Shown here piece by piece: positions 15,201 through 24,200 of a DNA stretch of 64,000 nt. The DNA lies in NCBI GenBank assembly GCA_013265495.1, contig MU058198.1, forward strand, positions 508,419 through 572,418. Reading direction: 5' to 3'. The translations under genes were made by a program, and so were the position numbers. Source of the DNA: Vicugna vicugna (taxonomy: Eukaryota). Numbering within the stretch: position 1 is the first letter of the stretch; every line of letters starts with the position of its first letter. Under the pieces are notes generated by a model, which saw only the letters and a program-made list of their open reading frames with translations, was not told the origin of the DNA and did not search any database.

Positions 15201-18200
15201 TGTGTTCTCTTTAGCTGATTCCTTCCTGGGGGAGTTCCTGAGGAGGTAAATATTTGTCTGTCTTGAGTAATTCGCACCTGATGTTCCAACCAGAGCCACC
15301 GTCTTGGCTGAGCAGGAAGTACAGGTCCCTTATGTACTCACAGTGTGCGTTGTTCTAAGTCCACCTGCTGTCCTTTGAAATATTGTTTTCTTCTGAATTA
15401 ACTGACATTTCACCTTGACCTGACGTTCCTGTTGTCTGTCAACCTTCATTTGGTTCAGCGGGTCCTTAATAACCTTCTCTAGATAAAATAGTTCTAGAAA
15501 TTAAACACAGAAACCAAGAGTCATTTGAGGTCTTATCCACCATAGATAATTTTAATAATTCTAGTGTGTGTATATTCCTCCAAACTTTTCTGTGCACATA
15601 CTGCTTTATGTGTGTGTATATACCATATAATTTTCAAAGACAAAAGTGGGGTAACGCTGCAAATTTGTGGAGTTTGCTCTTACTAATCTTATTACGATGC
15701 CTTGGCATCTTCATGTCCATATACATGGATGTATTTCATTGCTTTAACTGAATTTAATGAATGCACTAATTTTTATTTTAGACCCCAGGTATGCAGAATT
15801 AAGGCAATGTCATCACTGGCCCATGTGTGGCCCTGTTTTATTTCCTTTTCATTTATTTTGTAATAAAATGCTGAGCATCTCATTCCGAATAGACACTTAG
15901 TTTTGCAAGCTGCCCTAGTGATAAGGTGGCACAGCACAATGCTGGTTCTTTCCTTAGTGGGTAGGTTGAAAGCCAAATTTCCTCACTCAGTCTGCCCAGA
16001 CTCACTTTTAGTCCAGCCTCTGTCCAGAGTCTGGACATAAATGTGACATTTTTTTTGACAGCATTTTTTTTTATTGGCAACTCCCCTGTATGAAAAAAAT
16101 CAAAGTAGTCCCAAGTGTCTTCAGAACAAATGGAGACTTAGATTTCCTCCTTGTGAATTTAGAAAACTGAGAAGCACCATTAATTCAACAGTGGTAACCA
16201 AAAGCTGAAAGTTTTTCAGTTTATTTGGGTTGAGAGGTACTAAGTTTTTCTGGTCCCTGAAAAAAAAAAAGTTTTAACAAGCAAAAAGTGGTATAAACAA
16301 GACAATAGGTGGGATAATTTAAATAATTATCTCATTTCAATAATACCTATTATTAATTCATAATTAACCACCTATTTAAATAATGGGTGGGGTAATTTAA
16401 ATAAAGTTCTCTAGAATTTTTTTGAACCATTTCAACTGTGTGAATGCACTGTGTTAATTCCATTTTCCCCTCAATTCCCTCAATTATTTCTTTGAAAACA
16501 TGTTATATTTGGAACTTTTCAAAAATTTGCAAGGGAGCTTATGACTTATTCCAAATGGGTGAGGATCTCTTTTGTTGACTGTGGGGAACCTTTTGAAGCA
16601 GGAGGTTGATGGTTTGGGTACTAACCTCATTACCTTTTCCCAGAATCATTGGGATGCGACTGATCACAAGTCTTGGCCTGCAGGAGTTTGACATCGCCAG
16701 GAATGTCCTGGAACTGATCTATGCACAGACTCTGGTGTGGTAAGTTTTGAGAATCTTTAGTTTGCCCAGCGGTTCCCGCCTGACCCTGGACTCGGAGTTT
16801 CAGTGGCAAGCCCCAGAATCTGTTGGTTTTCACAGTTGCACAGTAGATACCAAATCCAGCCAGTCTGAGAACTGTGAATTCACGTCCCAGACTATTCTTT
16901 GCCTTTGTAAGGGCTTCAGCCAAGAATCAACACAGAGCAGGGATCCCAGCCTGGATGGCCCCAGGCTGTATCCAGGCTGCAATTGTGTTTTGCTCATCTG
17001 ATGCAGTGCTTTTTCTAAAAATTTGAATTAACCACCTGTATTTAAGAATCAGAAGACGTCACATAAAATTTAAAATTTCTCACTTCTTTCCAAAAAAAGG
17101 AGAGATCTAAACCATCTCCCATTATGGTAACAACTGGCTAGGCCTTGAACTGGGGTGAGTGGCTCCAGTTTGCCACGGTCCCACCTTGAACTACTGTCTC
17201 CCCAACACTGATTTGCCATTTCTTGTTGCCCTTATGCTGTTAGTTTTCTTATGGTAGAAAACTTCACTTTGTATCAATCACTCAACAGAAATGGGACCCC
17301 TAGGTTAGGGCTGGCTGAAGGCCACCTGGGGGTTTAATGGCTGTGTGGGCAGCATTCTCTGCACAATCCCTTCTCCAGAGCCGTGGAGACTGGAGATGGT
17401 GGGCATTTGCCTGGTTTGCTGTGTTGGAAGCAGTCTCCCTCTGAATGAATTTTCTAGGGTTTTGATAACAAAGTACCACAGACTGAGGGGCTTAAACCAC
17501 ACAAATGTATTTTCTCACAATTCTGGAGGCTGGAAATCCAAGACCAAGGTGTTGGCAGGGTTGGTTCTTCTGAGGCCTGTCTTTGGCCTGTAGATGGCGC
17601 CTTCCCCTGCTGCCCCGTTTCCCTCAGTGTGTCTTTTAGGGCCCACTCGAGTGAGTCATTTTACCTTAATTATATCTTTAAAGGTCCTGTCGCCAAATAC
17701 ATTTGCATTCTGAGGTACCTGGGGTTAGGATTTCAACATGTAACTTTGGAGGGACCCAGTTCAACCCCTAACACCCCCCATCCCTTCCCCCTCAACAGCG
17801 CATATCTGCCCGCGTTCCCTGTGTCTCCCCTGGTCTCCGACACTGTCTCTCTCTGTCACAGGATTGGAACCTTCTTCTGCCCTCTGCTGCCCTTCATCCA
17901 AATGGTTACTCTTTTCATCATGTTCTACGTGAAAAACGTGAGTCCATCTTGAAGTTGGGAGCAGTCAGCTTCGCTCAGTCACACGTGGCCCAGCGGGGGC
18001 TGGAGCTGGAGGCCGGCTGTGCGGACTGGGGAGGGTATGAGGAGGCTGGCGTCTGGCCGGCATGCGCCTGGCCTGCTCTTCTGGCCACAGCTAGGAGGCG
18101 ACTGCTTCTCTTTCTTCAGATCAGCCTGATGATGAATTTCCAGCCTCCGAGCAAAGCCTGGCGGGCTGCCCAGATGGTGACTTTCTTCATCTTCTTGCTC

Positions 18201-21200
18201 TTCTTCCCGTCCTTCACTGGCGTCCTGTGCACCCTGGCCATCACCATCTGGAGGTAGGAGACGGCAGCCTTGGGCTGAGGTTCTAGGGATGGAGGGATGA
18301 GTGTTTTAAAGTGTAGGTTTTATTATTATTCAGGTATGGTGAGGCCAACAGATCAGGAGTCGACTGCCACTGAGAAAATGACTTGTGATGGTCACAGAAT
18401 CCCAAAGGAGGGGGCGCACCACACCATGGGGGGCCACACAGGGAGGCACCAGGGTCTGTCAGAGCCAGAGCAGTAAATGTGGGCAAAAGCCTTTTTTTGT
18501 GATTTCATTGGGGAAGAAAGAGCAAGTCAGGGTATGAAGTCTTAGGAGGGACCAGTCCGAATAATTTCAGTAGGCCCTGGGGTGTAGGGGCCATCTGGAG
18601 CGGTCTGGTCCCTGGCCCTGGGGTGCCTAGGGCAGGGGAATGGTGGCCCAGAGTGTGAGAGCTGGAGAGAGGAGGTAGGGGGTGGGATGTGGACTCATTA
18701 GCCCTGGGAAAGGCAGTCTCTCCAGAGTCAGTAAGGCCCCAGATGTCAAAACATCAGAATCAAAAGACATGCTTAATGCAGTGTTTAACCCAAGTTCCCT
18801 TGGTAACCAACAGATGCTATGGCCAAGGGAGGCAATACATCTGAGTTTGGTGACCACCCATCAGATGCCCCCAGCCTTGACTGGCACAGCTTCTTTCCTC
18901 CTCAAATTGCTGCAGCTTCCCAGATGGGGAGAAACCAGTTGTGCACATGGAGAACAGAATTTCCTCTAAATGAACTGAAACGCCCCATCTGATCAGGCTC
19001 CCCCTTACCTCTCTGGTCTCACCCTCCTTGGCCCCATCCTACTCCAGCCTCATGTCTCTCAGTCTGTTGCTGGGACCCTCGAGCCTCTCCCCACTCGGGG
19101 TGGGGTCCTCTGTTGGAAGTCCTCTCCCCGCTCCATTTTCTTGGAGGCCTTCTTTCCACCTTCTGGTTCTCAACTCAAAAATCACCTCAAAGATCTGACC
19201 TTCAGGACCATCCTCATCTACCATCAGTCTCCACCTCCTCTCTCTCTCAGGGCAGTTTCTCTTCTTCCTTCGCTAGTTCATAGTCAGAAATGCCTTTGAA
19301 TCTGTTTAATTTATTCCTTGGTCGACCAGCTTTCCCACTGGAACGTAAACCTGAGAGGGCAGGCATGACGTCTGTCTTGTGTCCTGGGGAACGTCTAGGG
19401 CTTAGCCTCTAGCCCAGTGCCTGGAATTAGCGCAATAAACCCCTGCGGAGTGAACGAGCAGGTGGTCACACAACAAGGGAGTTGATTTTTAGGTTACTTG
19501 TGGAACTGGAACCACGAGGCTCTTGGTGCCTTCAGGGAAGACTGCCCTGTTCCACCATGTCCTTGCAGCTCTGTGTTTACTCTCTTTTCCGTCTTCCTCG
19601 CCAGTTCCTTGTTGCCTGCTAGTTTCTCCTTGTTCATAACACCTGACATCATGTGGCCATTACTGCCACAAGTCCAGCTTCCATAGATGACAAGCTCCCC
19701 TCTTTGTATTTCTTAGTTCAAGTTCCCAAGAAAGAGGGTCTGATCGCCCCAGTTCATCTCTTTGTGCCAGGACACCAAGGAGGTCACTGCCTGGCCTTTG
19801 GATAGGTTATGGTTGGATCAGGTGGTACCCCTGTCTGAGATCGGGTTCTCAGAATACAGGTCACGAGTACAGGACACACCCACTGAAGCTGTGAGCGAGA
19901 GGGTTTCCTTTGGAGGAGGGTGTGGGTGGAGCAGGCAAGAACTGCTGTTTCCAGGTCCAGAGCCCAGAAAGGACACCCTGATTCTGGAATGAACTGTACC
20001 CGGGTCTCACGCTAGAGGTGTTTCTCTGTCCCTTGTTTTACCAGATTGAAACCTTCTGCCAACTGTGGCCCGTTTCGAGGTCTGCCCTTCTTCATCCAGT
20101 CAATCTACAGCTGGATCGACACCCTGAGTAAAAGGCCCAGCTACCTGTGGGTGGTGTGGATCTACCGGAACCTCATTGGGAGCGTGCACTTCTTCTTCAT
20201 CCTCACCCTCATTGTGTTGTAAGCAGGGCCCCTTGGAAAACGAGTGCGGGAAGCACCTCACTTACATGGCACGTGGGTGGCGTAGGGCTGTTTGGGGAGA
20301 AGGCAAAGACTACAGCGAAGCTCAGATGTGGAATTTTTCTGAAAGTTATTTAATATCTTTTGTGCTTTTGGTTGTGTGTGTCTGTTTTATGAAGAAAGCA
20401 ATACCTGCTCTGCTCTCTATTAAGAAGTAACATGAAAGGGGGAGGGGATAGCTCAGTGGTAGAGTGTGAGCCTAGCAGGCACGAGGTCCTGGGTTCAAGC
20501 CCCAGTTCCTCCGTTAAAAACAAACAAACAAAACTAATTATTCTCCCCCAACAAACAAAAGAAATAATATGAAAAGAAAAAGAAAAAGAAAAAACTGGAT
20601 ATGAGAATGCTTAGGAAAATGATGTGTGATCCTTTCTGGGGTTGTGATTATGTTAAAGTGGGTTGGGCACGTTTGCTCTATGCAGGTTAGTGTACTTTTA
20701 TTTGCAGAGTCAAAAAAAAGATTTCTGATTTCTTGTGAAAAAGTAGATCTGCCAAGTCCGGGTCCATCTTGCTGCAGGAGCAGCTGGCTGGCCGACCGAT
20801 GGCTGCCTCTCTTCAGAAGCCTGGTCCTGATGGCATCTGAGCTTGCAGCTCACGTAGGGAGACACAACTCGAAAGCACAGACTAGTGGAAGCAGTCCATG
20901 TCAGTTGTGGAGTAACCCCGCCACGTTACAGAGGGCAGTGATAAGACGGACAGAGACGGGCTGATTCGCAGATATAATTTCCAGGCTGCAGAAGGTGCTA
21001 GAACCTGGGTCTCCTGGCTCTTGGTTATGCTCCCCCTCCCAACTGTGGGTTGCCCTTGGCCTCCTTAATTAAAACGGGGAGTTCTCCTAGTGCCTTGCTC
21101 ATCCAAACTTCTAATTCGCTGGGGAGCTTGTTAGAAATGCAGGCTCTCAGGCCCTACCCCAGACCCACAGCATCAGAATCTGCATTTTAACAAAGTCCCA

Positions 21201-24200
21201 GAAAATCTGCATCACACTGAAGTTTGAAGAGCACTGACCAGATACACAAACTCTGGCTGCACATTAGAATCATATGCATTTACAGGGAACTCTATTCAAT
21301 ATCATGTAGTAACCTATTATGAAAAAGAATATGAAAACGAGTGTATGGATGTATATGTATGGCTGGGGCATTGCGCTGTACGCCAGAAATTGACACAACA
21401 TTGTAAACTGACCATACGTCATAAGAAAGAATGCAAATTAAAAAAAATACCAAACTGAAAAAAGAAAAGAAGAATCATTGCATTTAAAAAACACTGTTAA
21501 ATGTTCTAGGAAGGGTGGGTGGAGCTCAGTGGTAGATCACATGCTTAGCATGTGCAAGGTCCTGGGTTCAGTCCTCAGTACATCTACTAAATTAAAACAA
21601 CAACCATAAAACCATAAAACTGTTAAATGTTCTCATTACAAAAAAAATGATAATTTTATGATGCAGTAAGGGCGTTAGCTAACACTATGGTGATAATCAT
21701 ATCGCATTGTGTAAATGCATCAAATCAACACAGTTATAGACCTTAAACTTACACAATGTTATAGTCAATTGTATCTCAATAAAAAAATAAAAAAACTAGA
21801 TCGTGGCAAAGTTTGCACAACTGTACACATTTACTAAACCTCATCAAACTACGCTTAAAATGAGTAAATTTTGTAGCACATAAGCTATGGCTCAGTAAAG
21901 CAATAAAAAGAAGGAAAGTACTGATGCTTGTAAGAAGCTCAATTAATCGATCTGAGGAAGGGCCATGGCCTCTCTGGTGATTTCACATGCGGAATGACGA
22001 GAATCATTGCTGTAACGTATTTATCCTCTAACTCATCCAGACACAACTTTTCAGGAACACTGGCTGGGCCAAAATCCATTTGGAAGCAAATATACTGGTT
22101 CCTTTGAACTCAGCTGAAATTGGGAGACTGCAAAGCATTGGAGAAGGTGTCTGCCATTCTTTCTTGTCTTCTCTTCCAGAATCATCACTTATCTTTACTG
22201 GCAGATCACAGAGGGAAGGAAGATTATGATCAGACTGCTCCATGAACAGATCATTAATGTAAGTCCTGTTGGACCCCTTTGTGATCCTCTCCCATTTTTA
22301 AAATTTTGTAATGGAATTTTCAAACATACTCCAAAACTGAGGACAATCCAATGAACTCCTGCCTTCCCACCACCCAGCCCTGATAAGCATCAGCAGTTGT
22401 AGACTCTTAATGTCGTCTACACTATCCCTTTGCTGTGAAACCCTGGATTATTTTAAAGCAAATCCTAGCCTTTGTTTATATCATTTTATCTGTAGATTCT
22501 TCTATATGCCTAAGAGATACAGACTTCAAAAAAAACGTAACTACAATACCAATCATCACACTAAGAGAATATCTAATAATTCCTTACTACCCTCTTAGAG
22601 CCAGTCACTGGTCAGATTTTCCCAGTTGCCCCATTGTCTTTGTACGGCAGGATTATTCACCTCAAAATCTGAAAAAGCGCCACAGGTTACATTTGGTTGA
22701 TGTGCCTTTTATGTTTCTTTCAATCTATAATGGTTCACGCCTCCCTCTTCTCTTGCCATTTACTGCTAAAGAAACCAGGTCATCTGTCTTGTAATAATTC
22801 CCGCATTCTGGATGTATCTGATTTGCAGCCCTGTGGTGGTGTTTAGCATGTTTCTTTTTCCTTTGTATTTCCTATAAACTGGTGGTGAAATTTAAAGTCC
22901 TGATTAGGTCTAGATTCAACTTTGTAGCTAAGATACCATGTAGATGACACTGTATGCTTCTTACAGCTTCACCTCGAGGCACAAAAGTTCTGACTGTCTC
23001 TCTTTTTGTGCTGTTAAGAGGGGTCAGTGGGTCCATGCTTGGTTAGCTGACCCATCCTTCAGAAAGTTCCCTGTTAGCTTCTCACCTAATGGATTTAAGA
23101 TCCATTTATTCCATTCAGGATTACTAAATAGTGCTACTCTGATTCTAGAACTTCTTCTGCATATATTAGCCGGAATTCTTCTATAAAAGAAGAATTTTTG
23201 CTCGTCAACTATTTGATTACCTTGAAATACAGTTTATAGAGGAACGGCAAGTAAATACACTGCTCTTTCCCTTTGTTTACTTGTTTCCAAAACGAAGAGT
23301 TGGTACCTTAGTGTATTTTCTTGAACACTTACTGGTGCCTGGCATGGTGGTAAATGATGAACAAAGAATTCTTCTTAAATTTTTACTAGTCTCTCTGGGG
23401 CACAATCATTTCTTTAACCTGTATGTGAAAATTAAGGAAACTGAGGCTTATAGAGTGAAGTGAGCTGCCCAAAGTCACAGGGAAGATGTGTAGTGGGATT
23501 TGAACCAGGCAACTCCAAAGTTTATGCTCTCAACCATGATGCAGCTTTACCCCCCTGAGTCAAAATCTTACAGAAGAATTTCAATTACTAAACATAGAAG
23601 GAATGAGGGAAATGGAACATTGTCACGAAGCAAAATACTGCGGTAATAATCGTTTCAAGCAAGATCCACCAGTGGATGCTAAAATCAATGGGTGAAAGTT
23701 GAAGGAGAAACAAGGGCATGGGAAATGGGATTCACCTAGACTGGACAGACCGTCAGTGGTGCTCGCTGACCCACCTCAGCCTTGGTGGAATCTACCACTC
23801 TCTTGCCTGCAACAGATTCACAGGAAAGTGGTTCATCCTCCTGGGGAAGGCATACGCCCTTCCCTTGTTCTCCTTCCCAGTTCAGGAATTATTTATCAGG
23901 GTCTCATCCATTAACACAGGTAACTTTGCCAAGTGAAATATATTTGATGTCCTTAGATGCAGAGCTATAAGCTTTGACATTCCCAGTGGGAGGACCGGGC
24001 AGATCCAGGCAATGCTGGGTGTGCAGACAGGGTACTGGGGCAGAGGGCATGCCAAGAGGGGGATGCTCTGAACCATCTGTGCTGGCCCTCAGACAAGGGC
24101 ATGTAAGTTGCTCCTGGCAGCAGGCTGCTACTCAGTCTGCTGGGAGAACTGCGTTAGAGGAGAGGATTACAATTCAGGAAGGCTATGGTGGATAATTTGG

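Noticed and set aside
20438..20514. tRNA-gene-like sequences (also 21508 and 47143)
   Set aside because: A-rich tails, TSDs on two of the three copies and divergent stems identify them as SINEs rather than tRNA genes
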